Source of the DNA: Octopus vulgaris
Taxonomy: Eukaryota
DNA length: 64,000 nucleotides
NCBI GenBank assembly: GCA_951406725.2
Contig: OX597815.1
Span: 213,032,001-213,096,000 of the forward strand
Direction: 5' to 3'
This document shows, piece by piece, positions 28,110-39,245 of the stretch. Below the pieces are notes generated by a model. That model did no database searches, was not told where the DNA came from, and worked only from the letters and a program-made list of their open reading frames with translations. A program made the position numbers and the translations under genes. Within the stretch, counting starts at the first letter, position 1. Each line of letters starts with the position of its first letter.

Positions 28110-28260
28110 ATATATACATATATATATAATATATATATGTTCACACACACACACAAAAACAGACACATAGAAACTGTACCTTTCTTGAATGAGAGAGGAC
28201 CACCAAGGTAAAGAAGCAGGTGACGGTTGTCAGGAGGCCGAAGTGTAATTGCGAAGCCAT
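3523..28260 (-). CDS. GLMP: Glycosylated lysosomal membrane protein (GLMP/NCU-G1) gene, 3'-partial; exons 28260-28180, 14138-13896, 10181-10005, 7195-6980, 3788-3523
   Basis: Five exons with canonical GT-AG sites splice in frame (983 nt). They give a signal peptide, many N-x-S/T sites and GLMP-like motifs (DTLHYVYS, YGIIFNQIITYNDT, QLPHL, SRFAL, SLDDEYTPGVF, FMQWKAVCY, ISFG..NDAKYY..TQFISW). The TM/cytosolic-tail exon was not found in the window. Confidence 0.88.
5117..6090 (+). repeat. Tandem array, 15 full ~62-bp units in strict A/B alternation
   Basis: Unit tgtgtcggtggcacat(a)ncaccatccgagcgtgg(c/t)cgt...tctggcacc. It runs into the (GAT)n-tailed retroposon end at 6090-6262. Confidence 0.95.
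6980..7195 (-). CDS. GLMP: GLMP exon 4 (FQVSNDARQTQLPHL...SLDDEYTPGVFK)
   Basis: Acceptor tttctctccag, donor AAG|gtaagt, 216 nt, conserved DDEYTPGVF motif. Confidence 0.9.
7599..9624 (+). mobile_element. Decayed hAT (Buster/Charlie-type) transposase with right TIR, interrupted by a retroposon at ~7785-8055
   Basis: Fragments read LSNDSICKRIDEMS, TDEST, TDGA..M, IHCVLHRHSLVAK, WLSKG, FPTSYLVKTGFS and HQSQGS, with stops and frameshifts. It ends in ...aagaaccactg, a CAGTGGTTC-type TIR. Confidence 0.85.
10005..10181 (-). CDS. GLMP: GLMP exon 3 (IITYNDTG...GSFQFD)
   Basis: Acceptor ttttgacttccag, donor GAT|gtaagt, 177 nt. Confidence 0.88.
10400..10826 (+). mobile_element. tRNA-derived SINE family A, full length
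   Basis: A/B-box-like head (tggctgt.tggtaag / ggttcagtccc), cttgggcaagtgtc core, central (TATG)n, gtaaaaga tail. About 20 full or partial copies in the window. Confidence 0.85.
10878..11230. repeat. Degenerate 30-bp minisatellite, about 11 units
   Basis: Recurrent gatcctagcatg.ttgagactgtc.tttt period. Confidence 0.65.
11413..11893 (+). mobile_element. Small hammerhead-bearing element between (TA)n tracts
   Basis: Inverted repeat ataaatgagggtgaaaaat / atttttcaccctcatttat near the 5' end, hammerhead at 11680-11752, homologous to 19950-20325. Confidence 0.6.
11680..11752 (+). ncRNA. Type I hammerhead ribozyme motif, intact core, ~44-nt stem II
   Basis: CUCUG, CUGAAGA (11685-11691), stem II, GAAA (11736-11739), CAAUUG-UU, CAGGG. 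Stem I is 5 bp and stem III is palindromic (ACAAUUGU). Confidence 0.68.
11915..13028 (+). mobile_element. (GAT)n-tailed retroposon 3' region with internal ~300-370-bp tandem duplications
   Basis: Blocks restart near 11929, 12297 and 12602 and end ...catgctagcatggaaagcggacgttaaatgatgatg. Related copies: 7785-8055(-), 22966-23505(-), 23748-23915(-), 32755-33016, 36530-36933, 51089-51300(-). Confidence 0.8.
13896..14138 (-). CDS. GLMP: GLMP exon 2 (ISTDMNWG...YGIIFNQ)
   Basis: Acceptor ttttattttactag, donor CAG|gtaagt, 243 nt open frame. Confidence 0.88.
14235..14465 (-). mobile_element. SINE family B with 16-bp TSD
   Basis: ttgtgatcaaaatatg on both sides; core gcctttcatcctttcg.ggtcgataaa. Confidence 0.88.
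15213..15755 (+). mobile_element. Head-to-tail pair of tRNA-derived SINEs sharing the same 3' tail
   Basis: Two tRNA-like heads (~15213, ~15455); both end gcccatgagcctggctaggctt..aaggg. Confidence 0.78.
17087..17503 (-). mobile_element. SINE family A
   Basis: Same head/core/tail as 10400-10826. Confidence 0.85.
19950..20325. mobile_element. Second, rearranged copy of the 11.4-kb family with an ~80-bp perfect inverted duplication
   Basis: About 20054-20132 is the reverse complement of about 20245-20323. It contains a half hammerhead (ATAAA-GAAACAATTGTTCGGAG, minus strand) and is flanked by (TA)n. Confidence 0.6.
20385..21225 (+). mobile_element. RTE-type LINE 3' fragment with 3'UTR and (GAT)n tail
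   Basis: VDNFCYLG, FRELLPLL, WFGHVM, GRGRPRKTWDEV motifs; degenerate. Confidence 0.78.
22384..22766 (-). mobile_element. SINE family A
   Basis: Same head/core/tail. Confidence 0.85.
24766..25165 (-). mobile_element. Two adjacent family-B SINEs with different 3' tails
   Basis: Shared head/core, alternative tails. Confidence 0.8.
26056..26448 (+). mobile_element. SINE family A
   Basis: Same head/core/tail. Confidence 0.85.
28180..28260 (-). CDS. GLMP: GLMP exon 1 (signal peptide MASQLHFGLLTTVTCFFTLVVLSHSRK)
   Basis: ATG in strong context (attATGG), hydrophobic 27-aa leader, donor AAG|gtacag, phase 0 matching exon 2. Confidence 0.8.
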
Positions 28261-28330
28261 AATTGCAGCCAGGTGCTCGCTGAGACATCCGAGACACTTG
28301 TCAGCTTTTAACCTCGTTTCCAGATATCTC

Positions 28331-28413
28331 TGTCAGCTGACAGTCAACTCGATCCGGTGTACGCCTCGTGATCGTTCCTATTTCTGAGTCAACAATGTCA
28401 CATGCTTAATTGG
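28331..28413. promoter_or_regulatory. Candidate GLMP proximal promoter motifs
   Basis: 70-150 nt upstream of the ATG: palindromic E-box TGTCAGCTGACA (28331-28342), TGAGTCA (28385-28391), GTCACATG (28397-28404) and CCAAT on the minus strand (28409-28413), in a locally CpG-richer segment. Confidence 0.35.
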
Positions 28414-28980
28414 TCTTCCTAAAGTTTAGACGAAGTTATGTACTGATGTATGTGTGTAGATTTATCTGTTTGTGCGTGTGTGCGTGTATATGTATGTATA
28501 CATGTATGTATGCGAATCTCTCGCATACACCACATATATAAATATGTATGTGTGTGTGTGTGGAGAAAGAGAAGAAGTTTGGTAATGAAGGCAAGAAAAT
28601 AAAACTTGAAACAAATTTTATATTTGACCGATATAAGTTACAAAGTGACTCAAGGGCTGAGAATTTCGTGAATTGTCACTTATCAGGTATAAGCACCATA
28701 GCATTTTAGTAGAAATACTATCAAGTTATCCTACTCCATCTCACTTAACGTGGTTAGTATTATAGCTGCTTCTAATAGGTTGAAACTTGCTAAATATATG
28801 CACGGACTTGCTCTGGGGAAACAGTGGAGTCAGAGGACACCCCCAAATTAACACAAACACAGAATGCACACACCCCAATACCCACTCAGAGAGAATCTGC
28901 AAGGGTGGGAATGACCATGAGAAAGGTGGAACTCCTAGGAACTCCTTGGATTTTTCTGGATCTCAATCCAACACCATATA

Positions 28981-29107
28981 CAGGGTGTCCACAAAGTCTG
29001 GGTATATGGAGTAAATAAAATCATAACATAAACAATTAAATATAAGAAATAATAATTTCTTAAACTATGTGTTAATCCCCATGCACCCAGACTTTGTGGA
29101 CACCCTG
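28981..29107. mobile_element. Tc1/mariner-type MITE
   Basis: 23-bp TIR cagggtgtccacaaagtctgggt with TA target duplication on both sides. Confidence 0.85.
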
Positions 29108-30029
29108 TACTACACCCAACAAGCAAGCATCCCACCACTCACTACTAAATTTAAGGCAGCTAATTATATTAGCTTACCCCCAATCTCTCACACACACGCG
29201 AATGTAACTTTAAAATCTTTACGAATTGCCCCTGGGTGGACAATGCCTACATACAAATGTAGTACATAAATGTGAGATAGTTATACACACTAGTAGTAGA
29301 TTTTACATAGGACCCCCACAGTTAATGATGTGAAACAATTCATAGACACTCCTACAACTAGCCATTTAGGTGCTCCACTAGTTGAGTAGATCCATAAATT
29401 GGACAATTCTAAAATTAGCCATGTAGCATTGGATTCAATCCTGTATTTTGCCGCATACAAATCACAAATGACAATTCAAACATAGTTTGATCATATGCGC
29501 AGCCAAGATTTTATCCAATGGATGGTTGTTGTTCATGTGATAGTTTGGTAGCCTGACTAGAACTTTCTGTGAATACTGCCTATAAATACAGTCAATAAAA
29601 CCACCAATTTTGCAGAGTGTCACAGACATCAGAGCTGCTACGATGTTCTCCTCTCTCACCAAATTCAGAGTGTCTTAGGTTGAGTTTGAACTACACTCTC
29701 CACATAGCTGTTCTCATGGCTGCATATTCAATCAAGGATAATCAAAGAAGACAAGTCACAGCACCTGAATATTTGCTTGATATGTAAAAAGCAGCCCAAC
29801 TGTTGAATTTCAGACATTTTCCTTGGTGTCTTAATGTTTCCATTAAATATATTGCATGAATACCTTTCCTATAAATGTAACAATAAATTATGTTCCAAAA
29901 CTTAAAAACCTTGAATATATACTGAATTGGTCTGTGCCAGAACATGCAATACCCCGTGGGTTAGGAACTAAGGAAGGATTGGAGATTATAACAGGTAATA
30001 GTAAATACCTTTATAAACGTTGCAAAATA

Positions 30030-30381
30030 TGTTTCTTTATTAGCCACACAGGGCTGAACACAGAGGGGACAAATTACAAAGTAGAGCTTTTCTTTTTGGG
30101 GAGAAAAAAAAGAAAGAAAATAAAAATAAAAAGGGGGTGTAGGTTTTCGATCAAAGGGGATCGTAAAAAGAGAGAAGAAAATAAAAATGATCAATAGGGA
30201 TCGTGTATCACAGAAATGTCATGAAGCATATAAGGTTTATCCATGGAAAGAAAAGCCTACGGAAAAGACCACGGTAACCTCAGTCAATAATGTCACATGT
30301 TAACACATTTATTTGCAAGTAACTCTCTGTTTTAAATTTTTCCGGGTTCATGGGATTATGCTCAAGGAGGTTTTATCATTC
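30030..30381 (-). mobile_element. 5'-truncated retroposon 3' end with 17-bp TSD
   Basis: ATAAACGTTGCAAAATA at 30013-30029 and 30382-30398; its tail resembles the family-B SINE tail. Confidence 0.7.
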
Positions 30382-30547
30382 ATAAACGTTGCAAAATAGA
30401 GATTTACTGCACATACCAAGAGGGTAGAATGTCCCGAAATTACATGACTGGAAAATTCCTGAATGGCAGAAAGATACCCTAGTATACTATTCCCATTATG
30501 GTTGACGTGGAGGTAATGGCTACGGAATTCTCTGGATTTTTGTACAT

Positions 30548-30941
30548 CTCTTTTACTCTTTTACTTGATTCAGTCATTTAACTGCGGCCATGCTGGAGCA
30601 CCGCCTTTAGTCGAGCAAATTGACCCCGGGACTTATTCTTTGTAAGCCCAGTACTTATTCTATCGGTCTCTTTTGCCGAGCCGCTAAGTGACGGGGACGT
30701 AAACACACCAGCATCGGTTGTCAAGCAATGCTAGGGGGACAAACACACACACACATATATATATATATATACATATATACGACAGGCTTCTTTCAGTTTC
30801 CGTCTACCAAATCCACTCACAAGGCTTTGGTCAGCCCGGGGCTATAGCAGAAGACACTTGCCCAAGGTGCCACGCAGTGGGACTGAACCTGGAACCATGT
30901 GGTTGGTTAGCAAGCTACTTACCACACAGCCACTCCTGTGC
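30548..30941 (-). mobile_element. SINE family A
   Basis: Same head/core/tail. Confidence 0.85.
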
Positions 30942-31300
30942 CTCTAATAAGATTTCATAATACTCTCTCTCGGAATATCCCTGTTTATGTCCCATGCATG
31001 AACCTCTCCCTCATCCTATTTTCCTGTGTATTTATGCACTGACTGTGTTTGTATTGGAAACATTTTTATGGCATACCAGTGCTAGGAACAATGAGGCATG
31101 TGATAACGGATTACAATCAATTATGCACAACACCTGGGACGATTAACTGACACCCTATCAGTTACAATGTCAAGGGCTCCAGTCGATTTGATCAATGGAA
31201 CAGCCTACTCATGAAATTAGCATGCAAGTGGCTGAGTACTCCACAGTCATGCATACCTTTTATGCTGTTCTCGGGGAGATTCAGCAGGACAGATTTATAT

Positions 31301-31512
31301 TCTCTTTTACTTGTCTCAGTCATTTGACTGTGGCCATGCTGGAACACCGCCTTTTAGTCGAGCAAATCGACCCCAGGACTTATTCTTTGTAAGCCTAGTA
31401 CTTATTCTATCGGTCTCTTTTGCTGAACCACTAAGTTATGGGAACGTAAACACATCAGCATCGGTTGTCAAGCAATGCTGGGGAACAAACACAGACACAC
31501 AAACATACACAC

Positions 31513-31563
<51 letters not shown>

Positions 31564-31744
31564 CATACACACATATACACGACAGGCTTCTTTAAGTTTC
31601 CATCTACTAAATTCACTCACAAGGCTTTGATTGGCCCAAGGCTATAGTAGAAGACACTTGCCTAAGGTGCCACGCAGTGGGACTGAACCCAGAACCATGT
31701 CATTCATAAGCAAGCTACTTACCACACAGCTACTCCTACGCCTA
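31301..31744 (-). mobile_element. SINE family A nested in an older SINE (~31185-31830)
   Basis: Same head/core/tail; the flanks resume a different SINE. Confidence 0.8.
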
Positions 31745-33897
31745 TATTGTGACAGTGCTGTCCCTTTGAACTCAGTTTTGCCAGCTGAGTGGACTGGAGC
31801 AATGTGAAGTGTCTTGCTCAAAGATACAACACGCCTCTAGCGAGGAACAATTAACTGGAGTGCATGTAATTCTAGACCTGTTTGCAGAAGGCATTGTGCA
31901 TCCCTATGACTGCTAAATGAACTGGCCTGTTGACTCACAGAACTAGATGGATTTATATTTAGACAATCAATCATTGGTCTGATGCATACCAACAAATTTA
32001 CATGCTAGCATGCACTAAAGGGTACATGCACACAGGAAGAGGAGAAGTATAACTTTGGAAACTGGTCGCAATTTGTTATGTTAATATGGGGATATTTGTT
32101 CATGTGTATATATACCAATATGCATTTCCAGATACCTCAGTGAACATATATATGTACATGTATATCTCTGTAGGTGAGCATGTGTGTACATGGGAGAGGT
32201 ATGCGTTGTGTGCATTAGTGTGTATGTGTATGTATGGCATATAGAACGTTTATTATTTCTTTACTGCCCACAAGGGGCTACACACAGAAGAGACAAACAA
32301 GGACAGACAAAGGGATTAAGTCGATTATATCGACTCCAGTGCATAACTGGTACTTAATTTATTAACCCCAAAAGGATGAAAGGCAAAGTCGACCTCGGCA
32401 TATAGAACGTTTATGTGAGTGGTAAGGTGAGGGGTAGATAGTGTATGTCTCACCTGCCACTGACCATGGAAATTCTTATCAACACATCCTTTGTTTGTCT
32501 GCCAGAGAGCAGATTGTTTGAAGCCAATTCCATAAACTTGATAATTAACCAACCCTCTAGCTTCCCTGACCTTGATTTATGGCAGAGGCTGCTCATACTG
32601 TAACTGCTATTCTTGTTATTGGTACAATCATTGTTGTTGCTTTTATTGTCATTGTTACGGTCACTAGGGTTAGTAACATTGGGGTTGTGAATGCTTGAAT
32701 TGTCGCGGCTACAAAATTCTGTGGTTGTTTTTTTCTTCTGTCCTTCCATTCTTGGACTGGCTCCTGTGCAGGTGGCACATAAAAAACACCTTTTGAGCAT
32801 GGCCATTGCCAGTACCGCCTGACTGGCCCTCATGCCGGTGGCACGTAAAAGCACCCACTACACTCTCGGAGTGGTTGGCATTAGGAAAGGCATCCAGCTG
32901 TTGAAACTCTACCAGATCAGATTGGAGACTGGTGCAGCCTTCTGGTTTGCAAAACCTCGGTCAAATCGTCCAACCCATGCTAGCATGGAAAATGGACGTT
33001 AAACGATGATGATGATGTATATGTATAGAAATGGCTGCAAGTGTCTAACAGTCATTGTTGTCAGGTTAACCTGACAATGAGGGTAACTAAAAACTCACCA
33101 GGACAAAAAGAAGACTTGTCAAAAGGATGGATGAATCCAATTTAAAGTTAACCCTTATCACATAACATAGAATGGACTGTATTCGGGGACATCTTAGCAG
33201 TATTTTAATACCCCAGGCAAATCAATGCATTGGACCCTATAGTATTTATTTATTGATGGCAAACCATACCACATATAGATCAGAACTGGGCCCCTAGACT
33301 TGTGAAATCTCTGGGTAACTACACATGTTACCAAAGTTTTAAGACTGGCTGTAAGATCATATTGAATGAGTTTAAACGACCCATAGTTTCTGTCAGCACA
33401 TCTGTCTAGAAGAAGACTGATACTGATGTAAAACCTGAGAATAATTCCAAACCAATGTTGTTCCTCCGAGACGAATACTGTTCTGTTTGACAAGTGAATG
33501 AAGTTCTGTAGACACAAGTCTACAGAATTTGGCAGTGAAAATGTTTCTGTTGAATAGACAAGTGTTCCTGAAGTACTTTTTCAAGCTGAATTTGGATATG
33601 CTATTTGTTTTCACCAATAACACCAGGATCTTTGTATACACACTACCTTGATTTTTCACAAAACATGTAGTTGTCCTTAATTTTATGTCCTGGTCTGACT
33701 TTTGGTCATTGGGCCAAAGTGAGAAAAATGCTTCATTACCACCCTCCCCTTGCATAAAGTATAGTAAAATTATGACTATTGCTGATTTTGTGCATAGATA
33801 GCTAAATTGTAGCAAGATTTCAGCCAGAAATGGAGATTTTTTTTGGCCTACAATAGAACAAATACAAAAGGAGGCCTAGGTTGTTACAGAATCTTAA

Positions 33898-34115
33898 CCC
33901 TTTTGTTACCATATTTCTGTTGAAATGCTGTTTCCTTCAATTAATTTTAAATATAACAAAGAATTTAGTAAAATAACTTAGTTATTATTAAACTAGAGTT
34001 AGGAACTTAAATTGTGACTGAGGTTTGGTGGAAGATTTTAATTCAGAACTTTTGAAAACAAGACATTTGTACTATAGATCCAGAGGTGGTTTCAGCCAGG
34101 TTGGTATCAAAAGGA
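33898..34115. mobile_element. piggyBac-type MITE nested in the left TIR of the Sola-like element
   Basis: TTAA duplication; the empty site is visible in the right TIR. Confidence 0.8.
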
Positions 34116-34408
34116 TTAAATTCAACAAAATCTGCAAATTATATGTATATAACATGATATCTCTGAAAAAACTTTATTGACAACAACAAAGCAACCAACT
34201 CCAAGGAAATCGTTGAAAAAATGCTTTGGTCTTTTCATTCACTGGAATACAAAATAGACATCAGTCACTTGGATCAATTTCCGCAAAATTTGAGAGAAAG
34301 ATTCCACCAAGACATGAAGGTATATCAAGAGAGACGGGATGTCAATATGATAACTGATTAAGGTGGCAAGCTGGCAGACACATTAGCACGCCGGGCGAAA
34401 TGCTTAGC

Positions 34409-34819
34409 AAGGAGTGGCTGTGTGGTAAGTAGCTTGCTTACGAACCACATGGTTCCAGGTTCAGTCCCACTGCGTGGCATCTTGGGCAAGTATCTTCTAC
34501 TATAGCCTCGGGCTGATCAAAGCCTTGTGAGTGGATTTGGTAGACGGAAACTGAAAGAAGCCTGTCATATATATGTATGTATATATATATATGTATGTGT
34601 GTGTATATGTTTGTGTGTCTGTGTTTGTCCCATCCAACATCGCTTGACAACTGATGCTGGTGTGTTTACGTCACTGTAACTTAGTGGTTTGGCAAAAGAG
34701 ACTGATAGAATAAGTACTAGGCTTACAAAGAATAACTCCTGGGGTTGATTTGCTCGACTAAAAGCAGTGCTCCAGCATAGCCACAGTCACATGACTGAAA
34801 CAAGTAAAAGAGTAAAGAG
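34409..34819 (+). mobile_element. SINE family A nested in a family-B SINE (~34360-34950)
   Basis: The family-B head stops at aaatgcttagc and resumes at attttgtctgtc. Confidence 0.82.
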
Positions 34820-35429
34820 TATTTTGTCTGTCTTTACATTCTGAGTTCAAATTCTGCCGTCGATAAATTAAGTACCAGTTGCATACTGGGGTCAATCTAA
34901 TTGACTAGCTCCTTCCCCAAACATTTCGGGCCTTGTTGGAGTATAAAAAGGGATTGGCCACTGCTAAAACATTCAAGGAAGTATAAGAAACAGAGGTTTC
35001 TTCCTTCATTTTATGTGGGGGGTTTTTTTCGCATATAATTTGCAGAGTTTGTTGTGTTTAATATTCTGTATCAATAGAAAGAACCAACTTTAGGCCTCCT
35101 TTTGTATTTTATCTATCATAGGCAAAAAAAAAAACATATCTGGCCTAAAATCTTACTACAGTTAAACTATCTATGCATAAAACCAGCAATATTCATAATT
35201 TTACTATACTTTAAGCAAGGGAAGAGTGATAATGAAGCATTTTTCATACTTTGACTCAATGCTCCTAAGTCAGACTAAGACAAAATCAAAGAAAACTATA
35301 TATTTTTTTGTGAAAAATCAAGGTAGTGTGTATACAAATATCCTGATGTGACTGGTGAAAATGAATGGCATATCTGGTTTCAGCTCAAAAAAGTGCTTCA
35401 GAAATATTTGTCTATTCAACAGAAACAGA

Positions 35430-36400
35430 GGAGACTGAGAAAACTATTGTCAAAGGGATCAATACTCTAGAAGAAGTGTACAATAATGATGAGACTAGGT
35501 TTCTCTGGGAGTACAAACTTAAAAGTACTTTTGTTTCTAGCAAAGAAAAAACAGCATTAGGCTATAAATCATCCAAAAATAGTCTGACATTTCTTGTGAG
35601 AATAAACGCTGCTGGAGATATAGAATTAAAGCCCTTATATGTGTGTCACTCCCAAAATTCAAGAGTCTTTGATGGTTATGCTAAGTGTAATCTATCTTTG
35701 ATTTAGCATTCAAATAAGAAGGCTGTATGGTTATGAACCTTTTCCAAGACTAGTTTACAAACTTTTTGCCCTCCTGTAGAAATGTACAGGGTCAGGTGTA
35801 ATATTTCTAGCAAAGAAGTTCTCCTTTTAGATAATGTACCAAAGCACTCAAGAGCTTAAAGATGTGAGTGAAGAATTTAAGGTATATCTTTAGTAAGAAA
35901 CTTCTGGAAAATATTCAGCATTATGGATACAGTGAATAACATAACAGAGTCATGGGATGGAGTAACACCTTTGAAAGAAAGTCTAGATAAAGTTCAACAG
36001 GATATTGTGACACTATCAACTGATGTCGTTAGAGGACTCATACAAGATGATGTAATTGAGTTGCTAGGGTCCCACAGAAAAAAGTTTGTCTAATAAGAAG
36101 TTGATGATGTTAGAACAAAGTGATCTACGGGGTAAGATAAAGATATAAAGGTTTTACTCACTAAACATCATTTGACTGCAAAGAGGATGTACTTATATAT
36201 ATAAAAAAAAGGGTCTTCAAGTCTTTGCTAACAGCAATCCTAACCACAAACATAACAAAAAATTACTTCAAGAGATCATAATGAGTTCAGTTCTTACACT
36301 GAGCTGCACAAAAAGAGATGGTGTATTGTAAACATGAAACAACTTTAAAGAAGTTCTTCATACCAACAACAGATACTAATATCGATGTAAGAATAGAATA
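35430..36400 (+). mobile_element. Decayed Tigger/pogo transposase
   Basis: VYNNDETRFLW...GYKSSKNSLTFLVRINAAGDIELKPLYV..SQNSRVF and LLLDNVPKH resemble pogo DDE motifs; multiple stops. Confidence 0.8.
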
Positions 36401-37414
36401 TGACATTCCTATTCCTCCTAGAAACTCCCATTGCACCACCACTTTTCATGCAGAAGTGAACATTGTTTGTAAAGAGTAAGTATCATTGTATGGTATTACT
36501 GCATTCTTATTTATACCCTATTGTATTTCTGGCACTTGTGCCCCGTGCTAGTAGGGTGCTAAGAGCACCATCCGAGCGCGATCGTTGCCAGAGCGGCTAA
36601 CTGACTTTCTTTGCCAGTGGCACGTAAAGGGCACCATTCGAGCGTGATCGTTACCAGCATCACCTTACTGGCACCTGTGCCAGTGGCATGTGTAAAAGAT
36701 TCGAGCGAGGTTGTTGCCAGTACCGTCTGAATGGCCCCCGTGCCAGTGGCACGTAAAAGCACCCACTACACTCATGGAGTGGTTGACATTAGGAAGGGCA
36801 TCCAGCTGTAGAAACACTGCCAGATCAAGATTGGAGCCTGGTGCAGCCATCTGGTTCACCAGCCCTCAGTCATAATTGTCCAACCCATGCTAGCATGGAA
36901 AGCGGACGTTAAACGATGATGATGATGATGACGACTGTACTGCACATATTTAAAAGGTGATATTTTCAGGCATAAAAGTTGTTGTTTATTGATTAATTAT
37001 TTATTTGGAAAAAATTTCATCAGAAAGTATCTCAATTTAGAACAGGGAAACCACTGAAAAATATATGTCTATGTAATGGAATTCCACATTACCTATAAGA
37101 TTTTGCCATGTTAGAATTAATGTAGCATAAACTTATGAAATAGTGAGGGTTGAAATGAAGAGGTGTACATTCAATTTTAAAATGTTCTTATACACCAGAA
37201 TGTGAAAGATACCAGCTGTGGGATTTCATCTTGGAGCAGAATCTCTCTACATATAATTTGTGTCAAATATAAAAACAAGTGAAAATAAAACAAAAGCCGT
37301 GATGCAAGTGACATCAGCAGACTCCCAGACCCGATGTTTCAGCATCAGTTCACTTCCTCTGGGGCAGAGACCTCTTTACTCATCTGTAACTAGGCCAAAC
37401 TTCTATTCTTATAT

Positions 37415-37805
37415 ACTCTTTTACTTGTTTCAGTCATTTGACTGTGGCCATGCTGGAGCACAGCCTTTAGTCGATCGATATAATCGACCCCAGGATTTAT
37501 TCTTTGTAAGCTGAGTACTTATTCTATCGGTCTCTTTTGCCGAACCGCTAAGTTACAGGGACGTAAACATACCAGCATCGGTTGTCAAGTGATGTTGGGG
37601 GGACGAATACAGACACACAAACATACACACACATATATACATATATATGACGGGCTTCTTTCAGTTTCCGTCTACCAAATCCATTCTCAAGGCTTTGGTC
37701 AGCCCAAGGCTATAGTAGAAGACACTTGCCCAAGGTGTCACGCAGTGGGACTGAACCTGGAACTATGTGGTTTGTAAGCAAGCTACTTACCACACAACCA
37801 CTCCC
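37415..37805 (-). mobile_element. SINE family A
   Basis: Same head/core/tail. Confidence 0.85.
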
Positions 37806-38370
37806 ACTTGCTGATGTGTGCCATGGTGAGTTAAACTGAAATTAAATATAAGCACATGAGACTGATCTTCCTTGCTTTTCAGTAAACATTTTTGTTAATG
37901 AAATGAATACATTTATACCAATTAGGCTCAACTCAGTGCTTTAATAGGTATGATGGGTCAATATAGTCATTTTCAAGGGAACACAATTCTTGCCATTGTC
38001 AGAAATTTGCGACTCTGAGCAGTGGTTTCAATCCTAGTTCCCTTCACTCCTCATGGAGTGTTGTGTGACAACATATCTCCAGCCAGCGGTTGCACACACT
38101 GTCGTAAAACCTAATCTTAGACCAGGTTCTCTTCAGTCCTCAACCGCATCTTGATAACAAGACTGCTTCGCCTCCTATGCCACACTCCAATGGAAAAAAA
38201 TTCTATCTAGCATAAAGTCGCATACTGGAAAATGTGGTCAAAGTTGCCATGTGTAATGTTTACTACATTACAACGACAAGAAGTTAAAATCCAGGTGAAG
38301 GGAGACAACTTCTAACACCCAGCATGAAGTTCTAACCCTTCCTTGCGTCTATTTCGAAAAATATTTATAT

Positions 38371-39245
38371 TACTCTCTTTACTCTTTTACTCGTTTCAGT
38401 CATTTGACTGCGGCCATGCTGGAGCACCGTCTTTAGTCGAGCAAATCGACCCCGGGACTTATTATTTTTGTAAGCCCAGTACTTATTCTATTGGTCTCTT
38501 TTGCCGAACCGCTAAGTTACGGGGACGTAAACACACCAGCATTGCTTGACAACCGATGCTGTTAGGGGGACAAACACAGACACACAAACATATACACACA
38601 CACTTATATATATATATATATATATACATATATACGACAGGCTTCTTTCAGTTTCCGTCTACCAAATCCACTCACAAGGCATTGGTCGGCCCGGGGCTAT
38701 AGCAGAAGACACTTGCCCAAGATGCCACGCAGTGGGACTGAACCCGGAACCAGTTTTATTTCCTTTGTTTAATATGACGAACAAACAAACTGTAAAATAG
38801 AAAAAGATCGTTTATTTCAGCAGGATTTTCTTCACATAAGGAATTACGAAACGCCTATGAGGCTGTGAGTCTCCCCCTCCCCTTTTACTCGTTTCAGTCA
38901 TTTGACTGCGGCCATGCTGGGGCACCGCCTTTAGTCGAGCAAATCGACCCCAGGACTTATTCTTTGTAAGCCTAGTACTTATTCTATCTGTCTCTTTTGC
39001 CGAATCGCTAAGTTACGGGGATGTAAACACACCAGCATCGGTTGTCAAGCGATGCTGGGGGGAGGGACAAACACAGAAACATACACACATATTTATATAC
39101 ATACATATATACGACGGGATTCTTTCAGTTTCCGTCTACCAAATCCACTCACAATGCGTTGGTCGACCCGAGGCTATAGTAGAAGACACTCGTCCAAGGT
39201 GCCATGTGGTTCGTATGCAAGCCACTTACCACACAGCCACCCCTA
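38371..39245 (-). mobile_element. Two family-A SINEs (38371-38751, 38882-39245)
   Basis: Same core/tail, heads partly deleted. Confidence 0.8.

Larger units (their letters stand above)
33542..35428 (+). mobile_element. Internally deleted long-TIR DNA transposon (Sola-like) with nested MITE and SINEs
   Basis: About 390-bp imperfect TIRs (33542-34147 minus the MITE; 35032-35428). An internal remnant near 34260-34360 reads SHLDQFPQNL..ERFHQDMKVYQ..DVNMITDY. The family assignment is from memory of the motif. Confidence 0.6.
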
